This document shows, in pieces, positions 38,099-50,405 of a stretch of DNA of 57,141 nucleotides (positions are counted from its first letter, which is position 1; each line of letters opens with the position of its first letter). The stretch comes from Bacilli bacterium (GTDB lineage: Bacteria; Bacillota_I; Bacilli_A; RFN20; CAG-826). Position numbers and translations under genes: made by a program. Below the pieces are notes generated by a model. That model saw nothing but the letters and a program-made list of their open reading frames with translations. It did not search any database and was not told where the DNA came from. The stretch covers positions 1 through 57,141 of the forward strand of contig JAFZRR010000043.1 in the NCBI GenBank assembly GCA_017619815.1, read 5' to 3'.

Positions 38099-38734
38099 AT
38101 GACATTTGAGATAATTATACAAATTGTTCTATTAGGAATTGGCCTATCAATGGACGCTTTTTCAGTTGCGCTTGTTGATGGTTTAACAATGAAAGGAATC
38201 ACCAAAGGAAGATCGTTCTTTATTGCTGGTTCTTTTGGATTTATGCAAGGCTTCATGCCTCTAGTTGGCTTCTGGATTGTTGAACTCGTTGAACAAATAG
38301 CTGGTAGTATTGCTGGAGAAAAAGCTGGCCAAATTACTGCATTGATAGTTGTGTGGCTTGCCTTTGTCTTACTTTTAATTGTTGGTGGTAAGATGCTTAT
38401 TGAATCCATTATTGAACTAAGAAAGCCTCAAGAAGAAAAAGAGGAAAAACAATTCTCTTATAAAAATGTTCTTCTTTATTCTGTTTTAACTGCAATTGAT
38501 GCTCTCGCTGCAGGCGTCACAATGCACACAGGTTTATCTAATACAGGCACAGTGTGGCTACACGTTGTAATTATTATGGTTATCACATTTGGCCTCTCAT
38601 TAGTCGGATTGTTCCTAGGAACAAAAATTATCAAACTTCTTAAAGGAAGATATGAAATCTCCGGAATTATTGGTGGTTGTATTCTCATCCTTTTAGCGGT
38701 TTGGGTTATCTTAAGTCACTATTTACCTCTTTAG
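38099..38734 (+). CDS. mntP: Manganese efflux pump MntP family
   Basis: IGLSMDAFSVAL, FQ-like FMQGFMPLVG, TAIDALAAG and IIGGCILI. Confidence 0.88.
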   Translation: MTFEIIIQIVLLGIGLSMDAFSVALVDGLTMKGITKGRSFFIAGSFGFMQGFMPLVGFWIVELVEQIAGSIAGEKAGQITALIVVWLAFVLLLIVGGKMLIESIIELRKPQEEKEEKQFSYKNVLLYSVLTAIDALAAGVTMHTGLSNTGTVWLHVVIIMVITFGLSLVGLFLGTKIIKLLKGRYEISGIIGGCILILLAVWVILSHYLPL

Positions 38735-38750
38735 AAATATTTTTCTAATG

Positions 38751-39912
<1,162 letters not shown>

Positions 39913-39913
<1 letters not shown>

Positions 39914-40950
39914 TGGATATCAATTTATTTGATTTTTATTTACCAGAAGAACTCATCGCTCAAAAGCCAGTTCAAAAAAGAGATGAATCTCGTTTGCTCG
40001 CGGTAAATCTCAAGGACCACACTTATGAAGATAAGCACTTTTTTGATATTACCAATTATTTAAAACCAGGTGATGTCTTAGTGAGAAATAACACAAAGGT
40101 CATTCCTGCTAGATTACTTGGTATTAAAGAGAAAACCGGAGCCCGCTGCGAACTATTGCTTTTAAAGCAAATAGAAGGTGATAACTGGGAATGCTTAACA
40201 AGACCTGCAAAATCTTTAAAAGTCGGCGCACGCGTCGATTTTGGTGATGGAAAACTCATCGCTGAATGTATTGAAGAACGTGACGAAGGTTTAAGAGTTT
40301 TCAAGTTCATCTATGATGGAATCTTTTTAGAAGTCTTAGATACATTAGGAAAAATGCCTTTGCCTCCATATATTAGAGAACAATTATGCACAAATGATAG
40401 ATATCAGACCGTGTACGCAAAATTTGAAGGTAGTGCAGCTGCGCCAACCGCAGGATTCCACTTTACTGAAGAGTTATTCCAAAAGATAAAAGACATGGGT
40501 GTAGAAGTTATTGATATTACACTCCATATTGGTTTAGGAACATTTAGACCAGTTAAAGTTACTGATACAAAAGATCACGTCATGCATAGTGAGGTCTATG
40601 AAATTTCAGAGGAAGCCGCCGCTAAACTCAACAAAGCAAAAGCGGAAAATCGCCGTATCATTGCTATCGGTACAACTTCAGTTAGAACCCTTGAAGCTAA
40701 TTACACAAAATACCATACATTTACCGCAACAAAAGAAGCGACAAATATCTTTATTCAACCAGGATATGAGTATAAAGTAGTGAAGGCGATTATTACAAAT
40801 TTCCACTTGCCAAAATCTACATTAATTATGTTGGTCTCAGCCTTTGCAGGAAGAGAATTTACACTTGAATTATATAAGCACGCAGTTGAAGAGAAATATC
40901 GTTTCTTCTCTTTTGGCGATTCAATGTTCCTTTATGGAAAAGAAGATTAA
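39913..40950 (+). CDS. queA: SAM:tRNA ribosyltransferase-isomerase
   Basis: [46 protein letters not shown] and YRFFSFGD. Confidence 0.98.
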
Positions 40951-41569
40951 TTATCAGAATATATTATTAAAAAAACTCGAAGAAATCGAGAAAAGTGGAC
41001 GCAAGCCAAGACTCTGTTTGCATGCTTGCTGTGGTCCGTGTTTTACCATTCCATATGAATTAATCAAAAATCATTTTGAAATCACGATCGTTTTCAATAA
41101 TTCAAACATCTATCCTAAGGAAGAACACGATAGAAGGCTCGCTGAATTTAAGCGTTATATCAAGGAAATTAATGCGGATGTAAAGTTCGTCGAATTTCCA
41201 TATGATAATTTAACCTATAATAAAGACCTTGAACCAAGGGCAAATGATAAAGAAGGGCACGAAAGATGTCGCATCTGTTTCCGTAAAAGATTAAGACAAG
41301 GTTTTGAGTATGCTAGGGAAAATGGATTTGATTATTTTGGAACAGTCATGACTATTTCTAGATACAAAAATGCCCAAGACATTAACAAGATTGGACATGA
41401 GTTAGAAGCGGAATTCTCTCCGGTCAAATGGTTGGATGCAGACTTTAAGAAAAACGATGGATATGAGCATTCACTCCTCATAATTAAGGAACACGAGATG
41501 TATTTCCAAGAGTATTGTGGCTGTATTTATTCGTATAATGCCTATCTCAGTAAAAACGAGAAAAAATAG
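40934..41569 (+). CDS. queH: Epoxyqueuosine reductase QueH
   Basis: [24 protein letters not shown] and YFQEYCGC; ATG at 40934 overlaps the queA end. Confidence 0.92.
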   Translation: MEKKINYQNILLKKLEEIEKSGRKPRLCLHACCGPCFTIPYELIKNHFEITIVFNNSNIYPKEEHDRRLAEFKRYIKEINADVKFVEFPYDNLTYNKDLEPRANDKEGHERCRICFRKRLRQGFEYARENGFDYFGTVMTISRYKNAQDINKIGHELEAEFSPVKWLDADFKKNDGYEHSLLIIKEHEMYFQEYCGCIYSYNAYLSKNEKK

Positions 41570-41589
41570 TGGAAAAAAACCAAAAATTG

Positions 41590-41612
41590 ACCCCAAAAAA
41601 TGGGGTTTTTCT
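41590..41612 (+). terminator. Probable intrinsic terminator after queH
   Basis: ACCCCA-aaaaa-TGGGGT followed by a T tract. Confidence 0.6.
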
Positions 41613-41698
41613 TATTTTCGACCCTTATTTTTGATCCAATTTTTACGCATATTTGACACCCGTGTTTTCCCTATAAACAAAATATTTTAATAATTTAT

Positions 41699-41727
41699 TT
41701 GACACGTATATGCATAGGGGGTATGAT
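41699..41727 (+). promoter_or_regulatory. S10 operon sigma-A promoter
   Basis: TTGACA (41699-41704), 17 nt spacer, TATGAT (41722-41727). Confidence 0.8.
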
Positions 41728-41733
41728 TTTAAC

Positions 41734-41860
41734 GTTGTCTGCCCGCGATGAAATGCGAGGTTGCTGATACACCCACAGGCGTTGTCATGAAGGTGTCATC
41801 AGGTAATTCGTATCGAGCAGGTCATGGACAAAGCCTGAAAGTGATATAGGAGGAAATTTC
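41734..41860 (+). ncRNA. rpsJ (S10) 5' leader, putative ribosomal-protein autoregulatory RNA
   Basis: GC-richer 5' UTR containing GAGGTTGCTGATACACCC, which resembles the conserved Firmicutes S10 leader (recalled, not searched). Confidence 0.6.
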
Positions 41861-42172
41861 ATGGCAAAAACTAACAAGATCAGAGTTCGCCTTAAAGCTT
41901 ACGATCATGTCAATCTCGACTTGAGTGCGGCAAAGATTGTGGAAGCGGCGAGCAAGACCGGTGCAGAAGTTGTCGGTCCTATCCCTCTCCCAACGGAGAA
42001 ACAAGTATTCACGATTTTGAGAGCTGTTCATAAGTACAAAGATTCCCGTGAACAATTCGAAATCAGAACACACAAGAGACTCATCGATATTAACAAACCT
42101 AGCAAGGCCACGATGGATTTATTAAAGAATCTTGACTTACCTGCAGGAGTTAGCATCGAGATCAAAATGTAA
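41861..42172 (+). CDS. rpsJ: 30S ribosomal protein S10
   Basis: [17 protein letters not shown] and [15 protein letters not shown]. Confidence 0.99.
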   Translation: MAKTNKIRVRLKAYDHVNLDLSAAKIVEAASKTGAEVVGPIPLPTEKQVFTILRAVHKYKDSREQFEIRTHKRLIDINKPSKATMDLLKNLDLPAGVSIEIKM

Positions 42173-42186
42173 GGAGGTAAGAGTTC

Positions 42187-42915
42187 ATGAAAGCAATCGT
42201 TGGACGCAAAATGGGCATGACTGAAGTCTTCGCTGAAGATGGAACAATGTACCCAGTATCAGTCGTCGAAGTCTTACCAAACGTTGTCACACAAGTTAAA
42301 ACACTTGAAAAAGATGGATATGTGGCAGTCCAAGTCGGCTATGAAGAAAAACGTGAAAGCCGCGCTAACAAATGTGAAAAAGGTATCGCTGCAAAAGCTA
42401 ATACAACTCCACATTACGTCAGCAAGGAATTACGTGGTGATGAAATGGCCAACTACCAATTAGGTGACAAAATCACAGTCGACCTCTTCAAAGCAGGCGA
42501 CATCGTTGACGTCATCGGAACAAGCAAGGGTCATGGTTACACCGGCACAATCAAACGCTGGAATATGACAATCGGTCCAAAAGGACACGGTTCAGGTTAC
42601 CACAGAGGTCAAGGCTCCTTCGCTAATAATGGTCGTTACAACCATGGTGTTATGCCAGGCAAACACATGTCAGGTCACATGGGTAATGAATCCGCGACAA
42701 TCTTAAACTTAACCGTTGTCGCCGTGAACGCAGAAAAGAATTACATCTTAGTTAAAGGTGGCATTCCTGGTCCACGTAAAGGTATCGTCGTTATTCGTAG
42801 CGCGGTCAAAGTGGTTAAGAACGCAAAAGCGGTCAAGACATTAATCGACCGCACACCTGCTCCAGTGGAAGAAGCACCAGTTGCTGAACCAGCTCCTGAA
42901 GCAACAGCTGAATAG
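42187..42915 (+). CDS. rplC: 50S ribosomal protein L3 (C-terminal extension)
   Basis: GRKMGMT, DGYVAVQVG, GTSKGHG and LVKGGIPG. Confidence 0.98.
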   Translation: MKAIVGRKMGMTEVFAEDGTMYPVSVVEVLPNVVTQVKTLEKDGYVAVQVGYEEKRESRANKCEKGIAAKANTTPHYVSKELRGDEMANYQLGDKITVDLFKAGDIVDVIGTSKGHGYTGTIKRWNMTIGPKGHGSGYHRGQGSFANNGRYNHGVMPGKHMSGHMGNESATILNLTVVAVNAEKNYILVKGGIPGPRKGIVVIRSAVKVVKNAKAVKTLIDRTPAPVEEAPVAEPAPEATAE

Positions 42916-42933
42916 TGAAAGGAGAACGTAAAC

Positions 42934-43575
42934 ATGGCAGAAAAGAAAACAGTCAGCGTCAAAGTTTATAACAAAGCTGGCGAAGAAGTTTCCAAATTAA
43001 GTTTAAAAGCCGAAGTCTTCGGTATTGAACCAAACAACCAAGTTATGTTCGACGCTGTTCAAGTTGAACAAAGCAACGCTAGACAAGCGACAGCCAAAAC
43101 AAAGGTCCGTCACGAAGTCAGCGGTGGTGGAAAGAAACCATTCCGTCAAAAAGGTACAGGCCGTGCACGTGCCGGTACAACAAGATCCCCAATTTGGGTT
43201 GGTGGTGGAACGGTCTTCGGTCCAGATGGAAATCAATCTTATAAGATTTCCCAAAACAAGAAAGCCCACAACTTAGCATTAAGAAGTGCATTAAGCTTAA
43301 AAGTTAAAGATGGCATGAAAGTTCTCGATGAGTTAAAACTCACAGAAAAGAAAACCAAAGAATTCTTAAAAGTCTTAGATGCCCTTAAAGTGGGTGGCAA
43401 AGCCTTAGTGGTCGTTGATGAAATTGATGAAAACACATTCTACAGCGCATCCAACTTAGACTGGGTCAAATTAGTGACCATTGATAACGTTAGTGTTCTC
43501 GACTTACTCAATGTTGATACAGTCGTTTTCACAAAGTCCTCAGTGGAAAATTTACAAAAGGAGGTTTTGAAATAG
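42934..43575 (+). CDS. rplD: 50S ribosomal protein L4
   Basis: EVSGGGKKPFRQKGTGRARAG and GGGTVFGP. Confidence 0.98.
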   Translation: MAEKKTVSVKVYNKAGEEVSKLSLKAEVFGIEPNNQVMFDAVQVEQSNARQATAKTKVRHEVSGGGKKPFRQKGTGRARAGTTRSPIWVGGGTVFGPDGNQSYKISQNKKAHNLALRSALSLKVKDGMKVLDELKLTEKKTKEFLKVLDALKVGGKALVVVDEIDENTFYSASNLDWVKLVTIDNVSVLDLLNVDTVVFTKSSVENLQKEVLK

Positions 43576-43578
43576 TTT

Positions 43579-43923
43579 ATGGCAGCTAAAAAGAAAGCTG
43601 AAGCTAAAGCAGCAAGCCGCTTCGCAAAACCAACCGAAAAAGATTTCGCAGTCATCCTTGAACCAAGAATCACAGAAAAGTCCATGGATCAAATGCAAAA
43701 TCAAAACAAGATAACCGTTAAAGTTCTTGATAGTGCGAACAAAACTGAAATCAAATTAGCAGTTGAAAGAATCTTCCAAGTTAAAGTCGAAGATGTTCGC
43801 GTCTCTAATGTGAGAGCCAAATCAACAACTAGAGGAACCCGCTACCAAGGCAAACTCTCCGGTTACAAGAAAGCAATCATTACCATCGCTGATGGTGAAG
43901 CGATTGACTTATTCAAGGACTAA
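43579..43923 (+). CDS. rplW: 50S ribosomal protein L23 (short N-terminal extension)
   Basis: PRITEKS, ANKTEIKLAVE and YKKAIIT. Confidence 0.97.
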   Translation: MAAKKKAEAKAASRFAKPTEKDFAVILEPRITEKSMDQMQNQNKITVKVLDSANKTEIKLAVERIFQVKVEDVRVSNVRAKSTTRGTRYQGKLSGYKKAIITIADGEAIDLFKD

Positions 43924-43964
43924 TCACAAGTTCAATTTAGTCCAAATTATAGGAGGAAAAAGTA

Positions 43965-44798
43965 ATGTCAATTAGAACTTACAAACCTACGTCCGCAAGC
44001 CGTAGAAACATGACAAATTCGACATTCGAAGAAATCACAACAAATACTCCTGAGAAATCATTATTAGTCAGTTTAACCAAAACAGGTGGCCGTAATAACC
44101 AAGGTAAAATTACCTGCCGCCACATTGGTGGAGGTCATAAACGCAAATACCGCGTTATCGACTTCAAACGTAATAAGGACAATATCCCAGCGGTTGTGAA
44201 AACTATCGAATACGATCCAAACCGCAATGCGAATATTTGCTTAATCTGCTATGCAGATGGTGAAAAGCGTTATATCATCGCTCCAAAAGATATCAAAATC
44301 GGATACAAAGTCGTATCTGGTGAAGCCGCTGACATCATGCCAGGCAACGCCATGTGCTTAAAGAGCATTCCTGAAGGTACATTCATTCACAACATTGAAT
44401 TAGTTCCAGGTAATGGTGGTCAATTATGCCGTGCCGCTGGTGCAGCAGCTCAAGTCCTCGGTTCCGAAGGTAAATACGTTCTCGTGAGATTAGCTTCTGG
44501 TGAAGTTAGAAAAATCTTAAAAGAATGTAGAGCTACAGTTGGTGCCGTTGGCAATGAAGACTGGAACCTCATCAACGTCGGTAAAGCCGGCAAAACAAGA
44601 TGGCAAGGTACCAGACCAACAGTTCGTGGTTCAGTTATGAACCCATGCGATCACCCTCATGGTGGTGGTGAAGGTAAATGTCCAGTCGGACGTGATGCAC
44701 CACGTACACCTTGGGGCAAACGTGCTCTCGGTGTGAAGACACGTAAAGTGAAGAAAGCGTCCACCAAATTAATCGTCCGCCGTAGAAACGGTAAATAA
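43965..44798 (+). CDS. rplB: 50S ribosomal protein L2
   Basis: [17 protein letters not shown] and [13 protein letters not shown]. Confidence 0.99.
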   Translation: MSIRTYKPTSASRRNMTNSTFEEITTNTPEKSLLVSLTKTGGRNNQGKITCRHIGGGHKRKYRVIDFKRNKDNIPAVVKTIEYDPNRNANICLICYADGEKRYIIAPKDIKIGYKVVSGEAADIMPGNAMCLKSIPEGTFIHNIELVPGNGGQLCRAAGAAAQVLGSEGKYVLVRLASGEVRKILKECRATVGAVGNEDWNLINVGKAGKTRWQGTRPTVRGSVMNPCDHPHGGGEGKCPVGRDAPRTPWGKRALGVKTRKVKKASTKLIVRRRNGK

Positions 44799-44820
44799 TG
44801 CAGAAGGAGGAAAATGAATT

Positions 44821-45114
44821 ATGGCAAGAAGTTTGAAAAAAGGCCCATTCGTGGATGAACCATTAATGAGAAAAGTTGAAGCCTTAAACGCAGCTAACAA
44901 AAAAGAGATCATCAAAACATGGTCCCGTAGAAGCACAATATTCCCACAATTTGTCGGACACACCTTTGCAGTTTATAACGGTAAAGAACACATCTCTGTG
45001 TATGTCACAGAAGATATGGTCGGACATAAACTCGGCGAATTTGCTCCAACCAGAAAATTCACCGGACATACAGGCCACACAGCTGAAGATAAAGCAGCTG
45101 CCGCCGCTAAATAG
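44821..45114 (+). CDS. rpsS: 30S ribosomal protein S19
   Basis: [12 protein letters not shown] and [11 protein letters not shown]. Confidence 0.99.
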   Translation: MARSLKKGPFVDEPLMRKVEALNAANKKEIIKTWSRRSTIFPQFVGHTFAVYNGKEHISVYVTEDMVGHKLGEFAPTRKFTGHTGHTAEDKAAAAAK

Positions 45115-45125
45115 GAGGTTTGATC

Positions 45126-45641
45126 ATGGCAGAAGAAACAAAGAAAACAACTGCTAAGAAAGCCGCTGCTCCTAAGAAAGCAGTAAAGAAGGCTGAACCA
45201 GTTGAAGAAGTTAAAGCTCCAGTTGAAGAAGCTCCTAAGAAAGCACCAGCCAAGAAGGCTGCTGCTAAAGCAGAGAAGAAAGTCGAAGCTCCAAAGAAAC
45301 CTGCTCCAACAGAAGCACGCGCTATCGCAAAGAACGTGAGACTTACTCCTCGTAAAGCCAGATTAGTTATCGACCTTGTTAGAGGTAAGAATGTTAAAGA
45401 AGCATTAGGTTTATTAGCAATGACAAACCGTGCTGCATCCGAACCAGTCAGCAAGTTAATCAAATCCGCTGCTGCTAACGCTGTTAACAACTTCGGTATG
45501 GATGAAGATAGCTTATACATCGCTCAAATCTGGGCAAATGATGGCTTAAGAATGAAAAGATACTTACCAAGAGCAAAAGGTTCTGCTTCTGGTTTAGTGA
45601 AAAGAAACTGCCACTTAACAGTGGTGGTCAAAATGAGATAG
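45126..45641 (+). CDS. rplV: 50S ribosomal protein L22 with ~60-aa K/A/P/E-rich N-terminal extension
   Basis: Core EARAIAKNVRLTPRKARLVIDLVRGK...PRAKGSA; AGGAGG lies 7 nt before the ATG at 45126. Confidence 0.97.
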   Translation: MAEETKKTTAKKAAAPKKAVKKAEPVEEVKAPVEEAPKKAPAKKAAAKAEKKVEAPKKPAPTEARAIAKNVRLTPRKARLVIDLVRGKNVKEALGLLAMTNRAASEPVSKLIKSAAANAVNNFGMDEDSLYIAQIWANDGLRMKRYLPRAKGSASGLVKRNCHLTVVVKMR

Positions 45642-45654
45642 GAGGAAAACATCA

Positions 45655-46341
45655 ATGGGTCAAAAAGTTAATCCAGTAGGTATGCGTGTTGGTGTCAATC
45701 GTGATTGGAATTCACGTTGGTACGCAAACGAAAAAGAATACCATGTGTTCCTCAACGAAGATATTAAGATTCGTCAATATCTCGAAAAGAACCTCAAAGA
45801 TGCCTTATTATCTCACGTCGAAATCGAAAGAGTCGCCAGCAAAGATGCAAAAGGCACAAACCTTGTTGTTACTATCTATGTTGCACGTCCAGGCGTGGTT
45901 ATCGGCCAAGATGGTAAGAACATCAACAAAATCAAAGAAGATTTAGCAAAATTAGTGAAGAGTGATGCCATCCGCGTTGATGTCCTCGAAGTCAAAAATC
46001 CTGACTTAGATGCCAACATCGTCGCTCAATCAATTGCAAAGCAATTAGAAGAAAGAGCATCATTCAGAACCGCTCAAAAGAAAGCCATTCAAAGAGTTCG
46101 TAAGTCCGGTGCTAAAGGTATCCGTACAGTCGTCTCTGGCCGTTTAGGCGGTGCAGATATCGCACGTAGCGAAGGTTATAAAGAAGGTGTTATTCCTCTA
46201 CATACACTTCGCAGTGATATCGACTTCGCGATTTGCCATGCTGCTACACAATATGGTCGCTTAGGCGTCAAAGTGTGGATCTGCCGTGGTGAAATTCGCC
46301 CTGAACTTCAAAAGAAATCTTCTGAAGAGAAAGGAGAATAG
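45655..46341 (+). CDS. rpsC: 30S ribosomal protein S3
   Basis: MGQKVNP, RPGVVIG and [12 protein letters not shown]. Confidence 0.99.
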   Translation: MGQKVNPVGMRVGVNRDWNSRWYANEKEYHVFLNEDIKIRQYLEKNLKDALLSHVEIERVASKDAKGTNLVVTIYVARPGVVIGQDGKNINKIKEDLAKLVKSDAIRVDVLEVKNPDLDANIVAQSIAKQLEERASFRTAQKKAIQRVRKSGAKGIRTVVSGRLGGADIARSEGYKEGVIPLHTLRSDIDFAICHAATQYGRLGVKVWICRGEIRPELQKKSSEEKGE

Positions 46342-46343
46342 TC

Positions 46344-46757
46344 ATGTTACAACCAAATCGTGTGAAATATCGTCGTCCTCATATTATTAAATATGAAGGC
46401 AAAGCAACATCTGGTAACACTGTTGCATTTGGTGAATTCGGACTAGAAGCACTTGAAGGTGCTTGGATCACAGCCCGTCAAATTGAAGCGGCTCGTGTCG
46501 TCATTTCCCGTTATACCAAAAGAGGTGGCAAGATCTTTATTAGAATCTTCCCGCACTTAGCTAAAACCAAAAAGGCCGCCGGCACCCGTATGGGTTCTGG
46601 TAAAGGTTCCCCAGAAGATTGGGTGGCAGTAGTCAGACAAGGCTGCATCATGTTTGAAATGAGCGGCATTGCTGAAGATCAAGCTCGTGAAGCTCTCCGC
46701 TTAGCGGCTTACAAACTCCCAATCAAATGTAAAGTTGTCAAGAAAGGAGAAGAGTAA
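46344..46757 (+). CDS. rplP: 50S ribosomal protein L16
   Basis: [17 protein letters not shown] and AAYKLPIK. Confidence 0.99.
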   Translation: MLQPNRVKYRRPHIIKYEGKATSGNTVAFGEFGLEALEGAWITARQIEAARVVISRYTKRGGKIFIRIFPHLAKTKKAAGTRMGSGKGSPEDWVAVVRQGCIMFEMSGIAEDQAREALRLAAYKLPIKCKVVKKGEE

Positions 46758-46760
46758 TCC

Positions 46761-46958
46761 ATGAAAATTAATGAAGTCCGTGAATTAACCACCGCAGAAT
46801 TAAAAGAAAAACTCTATTCCTTAAAGGAACAACTCTTCGAACTCCGCAGAAAGAAAGCTGTCGGTGCTCTCGAAAAACCAGAAGATGTCATCGGAGTTAG
46901 AAAAGACATCGCGCGTGTTAACTTAGTATTAAGAGAACGCGAACTCGCAAGTAAATAG
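46761..46958 (+). CDS. rpmC: 50S ribosomal protein L29
   Basis: LKEQLFELR and VRKDIARV; operon position. Confidence 0.97.
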   Translation: MKINEVRELTTAELKEKLYSLKEQLFELRRKKAVGALEKPEDVIGVRKDIARVNLVLRERELASK

Positions 46959-46972
46959 GAGGATTGACGCAT

Positions 46973-47428
46973 ATGGAAAGAAAAGTTCAAGCCCGTCGTA
47001 CCATCCAAGGTGTTGTCGTCAGCAATAAGAACGATAAAACAATCGTCGTCCTTGTCGAAACACACAAAAGACACGCCAAATACGGCAAACGTGTCAAATA
47101 TGGTAAAAAATACTATGCTCATGATGAAAACAATGAAGCAAAGAATGGCGATACAGTTACCATTATGGAAACAAGACGCTTAAGTGCTACAAAGAGATTC
47201 AGATTAGTGAGCATCGATAAGAAAGCCGTCATGTCTGTTAAAGAAGCTGAAGCTGAATTAAAAGAAGAAATTCTTGAAGCTGAAATCAAAACAGAAAAAG
47301 TTGAAGAACCTAAAGTAGAAGAAGTCAAAGCTGAAGAAGCTCCTGTCGAAGAAGCCCCAGCCAAGAAACCTGCTGCTAGAAAGGTTAGTAAAAAAGCAAA
47401 AGAAGAATCCAAGGAGGAAAGTAAGTAA
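46973..47428 (+). CDS. rpsQ: 30S ribosomal protein S17 with ~65-aa C-terminal extension
   Basis: [23 protein letters not shown] and [15 protein letters not shown]. Confidence 0.97.
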   Translation: MERKVQARRTIQGVVVSNKNDKTIVVLVETHKRHAKYGKRVKYGKKYYAHDENNEAKNGDTVTIMETRRLSATKRFRLVSIDKKAVMSVKEAEAELKEEILEAEIKTEKVEEPKVEEVKAEEAPVEEAPAKKPAARKVSKKAKEESKEESK

Positions 47429-47805
47429 TGATCCAGAAAGAAACAAACCTTGTTGTCGCTGATAACAGTGGTGCACGTTCTGTTCGTGCTTTCACCCTCT
47501 ATGGTGGTTCAACCCGTAAATCATCTTCCATCGGTGACATTATCAAATGTGCCGTTAAGGATGCTATCCCAAATGGTAAGGTGAAAAAAGGTGACGTCGT
47601 TAGATGTGTTATCGTTAGAACCAAAAAGGCTATCAATAGACCAGATGGTTCCACAATCGCATTCGATGACAATGCCGTGGTCATTATCAATGATGATAAC
47701 GCACCAGTCGGCACACGTGTCTTTGGCCCTGTCGCTAGAGAATTACGTGATTGTGGTGAAGAAGGATTCATGAAAATTGTCTCCCTCGCACCAGAAGTGT
47801 TATAA
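47428..47805 (+). CDS. rplN: 50S ribosomal protein L14
   Basis: [20 protein letters not shown] and [10 protein letters not shown]. Confidence 0.99.
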   Translation: MIQKETNLVVADNSGARSVRAFTLYGGSTRKSSSIGDIIKCAVKDAIPNGKVKKGDVVRCVIVRTKKAINRPDGSTIAFDDNAVVIINDDNAPVGTRVFGPVARELRDCGEEGFMKIVSLAPEVL

Positions 47806-47821
47806 GGAGGAATAAAAGACT

Positions 47822-48127
47822 ATGAATTTAGTTAAAGGTGATACAGTCATCGTTATCGCAGGTCGCGATAAAGGCAAAACTGGCGTAATCCAAAAAGTTA
47901 TTCCTGAAAGTAACAGAGTTGTCGTTGAAAACGTCAACTTACGCAAAAAACACAAAAAACCAACCCAAGCCAACCCAGAAGGCGGCATTGTTGAAATCTA
48001 TGCTCCAATCGATGCTTCTAACGTTATGTTAGTCGATCCAAAGACCAAGAAACCAACAAGAATCGGCCACAAAGTTGTCAAAGGTAAGAAAGTCCGCTAC
48101 GCAAAGAAGAGCGGCACAGTGCTATAA
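47822..48127 (+). CDS. rplX: 50S ribosomal protein L24
   Basis: [17 protein letters not shown] (KOW motif) and APIDASNV. Confidence 0.98.
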   Translation: MNLVKGDTVIVIAGRDKGKTGVIQKVIPESNRVVVENVNLRKKHKKPTQANPEGGIVEIYAPIDASNVMLVDPKTKKPTRIGHKVVKGKKVRYAKKSGTVL

Positions 48128-48140
48128 GGAGGAAATAACC

Positions 48141-48842
48141 ATGGCAGAAGAAACAAAGAAAACTACTGTGAAGAAAACCTCCACAGCCAAAGCTGCTCCA
48201 AAGAAAGAAGCGGCTCCAAAAGCAGAAGCTCCAAAGGCTGAAGCCCCAAAAGCGGAAAAGAAAGTTGCTAAGAAAGGCAACGGTAACAAAGTTTCCGCTA
48301 TCCAACCTCGTTTAAAAGTTAAATACGAAAACGAAGTGAGAAAAGCATTATTAGAAAAATATAATTATTCTTCTACAATGCAAATCCCAGGCTTATCTAA
48401 GATCGTCGTCAACATCGGTTGTGGTGATGCCACACAAGATGGCAAACGCTTAGAAGAAGCTGTTGCTGAATTAGCACAAATCACCGGTCAAAAACCAGTT
48501 ATTACAAAAGCGAAGAAATCCATCGCTTCCTTCAAATTAAGAGAAGGTCAAGAAATTGGTTGTAAAGTTGATTTACGCGGCGTGCGTATGTGGGACTTCT
48601 TTGATAAGTTAGTCTCAATCGCGCTCCCACGTGTTCGTGACTTCCGTGGTGTCAACCGTAACGCCTTCGATGGTCGTGGTAACTACACCTTAGGTATCAA
48701 GGAACAATTAATCTTCCCTGAAATCGAATACGATAAAGTGCAAAAAGTTCGTGGTATGGATATCGTTATCGTTACCACCGCAAGAACAGATGAAGAAGCA
48801 TATACCTTATTAGATTTATTAGGTATGCCATTCAATAGATAG
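48141..48842 (+). CDS. rplE: 50S ribosomal protein L5 with ~55-aa N-terminal extension
   Basis: [23 protein letters not shown] and LPRVRDFRG; AAGGAGG RBS before the ATG at 48141. Confidence 0.98.
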   Translation: MAEETKKTTVKKTSTAKAAPKKEAAPKAEAPKAEAPKAEKKVAKKGNGNKVSAIQPRLKVKYENEVRKALLEKYNYSSTMQIPGLSKIVVNIGCGDATQDGKRLEEAVAELAQITGQKPVITKAKKSIASFKLREGQEIGCKVDLRGVRMWDFFDKLVSIALPRVRDFRGVNRNAFDGRGNYTLGIKEQLIFPEIEYDKVQKVRGMDIVIVTTARTDEEAYTLLDLLGMPFNR

Positions 48843-48856
48843 GAAAGGAGTACACA

Positions 48857-49042
48857 ATGGCTAAGACTAGTTTAAAGGTCCGTCAATCAAGACCTCAAAA
48901 ATACAAAGTTAGAGAATACACAAGATGTGAACGTTGTGGACGTCCTCACTCTGTCTATTCAAAATTCCATTTATGCCGTATCTGCATTAGAGAATTAGCC
49001 TATAAAGGTGAAATTCCAGGCATGAAAAAATCATCTTGGTAA
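48857..49042 (+). CDS. rpsZ: 30S ribosomal protein S14, short zinc-binding type
   Basis: [13 protein letters not shown] and GEIPG; 61 aa. Confidence 0.97.
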   Translation: MAKTSLKVRQSRPQKYKVREYTRCERCGRPHSVYSKFHLCRICIRELAYKGEIPGMKKSSW

Positions 49043-49060
49043 TAGGAGGAAATAGTAATT

Positions 49061-49453
49061 ATGATGTCAGATCCAATTGCGGATATGCTTACCAGAATTC
49101 GTAACGCAAACGCATTAAAACATGAATCAGTCAAAGTCCCCGCTAGCAAGATGAAAATCGAAATCGCGAAGATTTTGAAAGAAGAAGGCTTCATCGTTGA
49201 CTATAAAGTCAAAGGCGAAGTCAAAAAAGAAATGACCATTACCTTAAAATACGCAGCTGATGGTACAAGAGTTATCTCCGGTTTAAAGAAGATCTCTAAA
49301 CCAGGCTTACGTGTTAACGTTGGTTGCGAAAAACTTCCAAAGGTCTTAAAAGGCTTAGGTATCGCAGTCATCTCTACATCCCAAGGTGTCATGACTGACG
49401 CAAAAGCCAGAACCTTAGGAATCGGTGGCGAAGTTATCGCCTACATCTGGTAA
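49061..49453 (+). CDS. rpsH: 30S ribosomal protein S8
   Basis: [20 protein letters not shown] and STSQGVMT. Confidence 0.99.
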   Translation: MMSDPIADMLTRIRNANALKHESVKVPASKMKIEIAKILKEEGFIVDYKVKGEVKKEMTITLKYAADGTRVISGLKKISKPGLRVNVGCEKLPKVLKGLGIAVISTSQGVMTDAKARTLGIGGEVIAYIW

Positions 49454-49467
49454 TAGGAGGAAAGTTT

Positions 49468-50010
49468 ATGTCAAGAATTGGTAATAAACACATTGAACTC
49501 CCAGCCGGTGTTACAGTCGTTGAAGAAAACGGCTTTGCCAAAGTCAGCGGCCCAAAAGGCACATTACTCGTTTCCTTAAATACCGGAATCGATATGAAAG
49601 TTGAAGGCAATATCGTCTCCTTCACAAGACAAAATGAACAAAAACAAACCAAACAAAACCATGGTACAGTCCGCGCTAACGTTCATAACGCAGTCGTCGG
49701 TGTCTCCCAAGGTTATAAAAAATCCCTAGAAATGCGTGGTATTGGTTACAAAGCCCAATTACAAGGTAATAACTTAGTCTTATGGGCCGGATATAGCCAC
49801 ACCATCACCATCGTTCCAAACGAAGGTGTCAAAATCACAATTGTCGATCCAACCAACATTGATGTTGAAGGTATCGATAAACAAGCTGTTGGTCAAACCG
49901 CTGCTCGTATTAGAGAAGTCCGTAGACCAGAGCCATATCTAGGTAAAGGTATCCGTTACAAAGGCGAGTACGTTGCGACAAAAGAAGGCAAACGTGCTGC
50001 TGGTAAATAA
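49468..50010 (+). CDS. rplF: 50S ribosomal protein L6
   Basis: MSRIG, GPKG and RRPEPYLGKGIRY. Confidence 0.99.
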   Translation: MSRIGNKHIELPAGVTVVEENGFAKVSGPKGTLLVSLNTGIDMKVEGNIVSFTRQNEQKQTKQNHGTVRANVHNAVVGVSQGYKKSLEMRGIGYKAQLQGNNLVLWAGYSHTITIVPNEGVKITIVDPTNIDVEGIDKQAVGQTAARIREVRRPEPYLGKGIRYKGEYVATKEGKRAAGK

Positions 50011-50035
50011 TTAGAAAGGTAGGAATTAGTTGTTT

Positions 50036-50392
50036 ATGGTAACAAAGAAAGATAAAAATGTTTCCCGTGTTCGTAGACATGCTCGTGTGAGAGCCAAATT
50101 AAGTGGTTCCGCAGAAGCACCAAGACTTTGCGTCTACCGTTCTAATAAGAATATCGAAGCTCAATTAATCGACGACGTTAAAGGTGTTACATTAGTTTCT
50201 AGCTCCTCTATGGCGCTTAAACTTGAAAATGGTAGCAACATTGAAGCCGCTGCTAAAGTGGGCAAAGATATCGCGGAAAAAGCATTAGCGAAAAAGATTA
50301 AGAAAGTCGTCTTCGACCGTAGTGGTTATATCTACCATGGCCGTGTGAAGGCTTTAGCAGAAGCCGCTCGTGAAGCTGGCTTAGACTTCTAA
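50036..50392 (+). CDS. rplR: 50S ribosomal protein L18
   Basis: [12 protein letters not shown] and [23 protein letters not shown]. Confidence 0.98.
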   Translation: MVTKKDKNVSRVRRHARVRAKLSGSAEAPRLCVYRSNKNIEAQLIDDVKGVTLVSSSSMALKLENGSNIEAAAKVGKDIAEKALAKKIKKVVFDRSGYIYHGRVKALAEAAREAGLDF

Positions 50393-50405
50393 GGAGGAAT
50401 CAATA

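Noticed and set aside
45107-47476. Antisense ORFs over rplV and rpsQ, and the many other 60-157 aa overlapping ORFs in the track
   Set aside because: Shadow frames of well-supported genes with biased codon use; no RBS or recognisable motifs.
48075-48140. Longer track starts for rplE, moaC, MOSC-mogA, prs, mntP, queH and the aquaporin
   Set aside because: They overlap upstream genes or use TTG/GTG without an RBS; downstream ATGs fit the RBS or family N-termini better.
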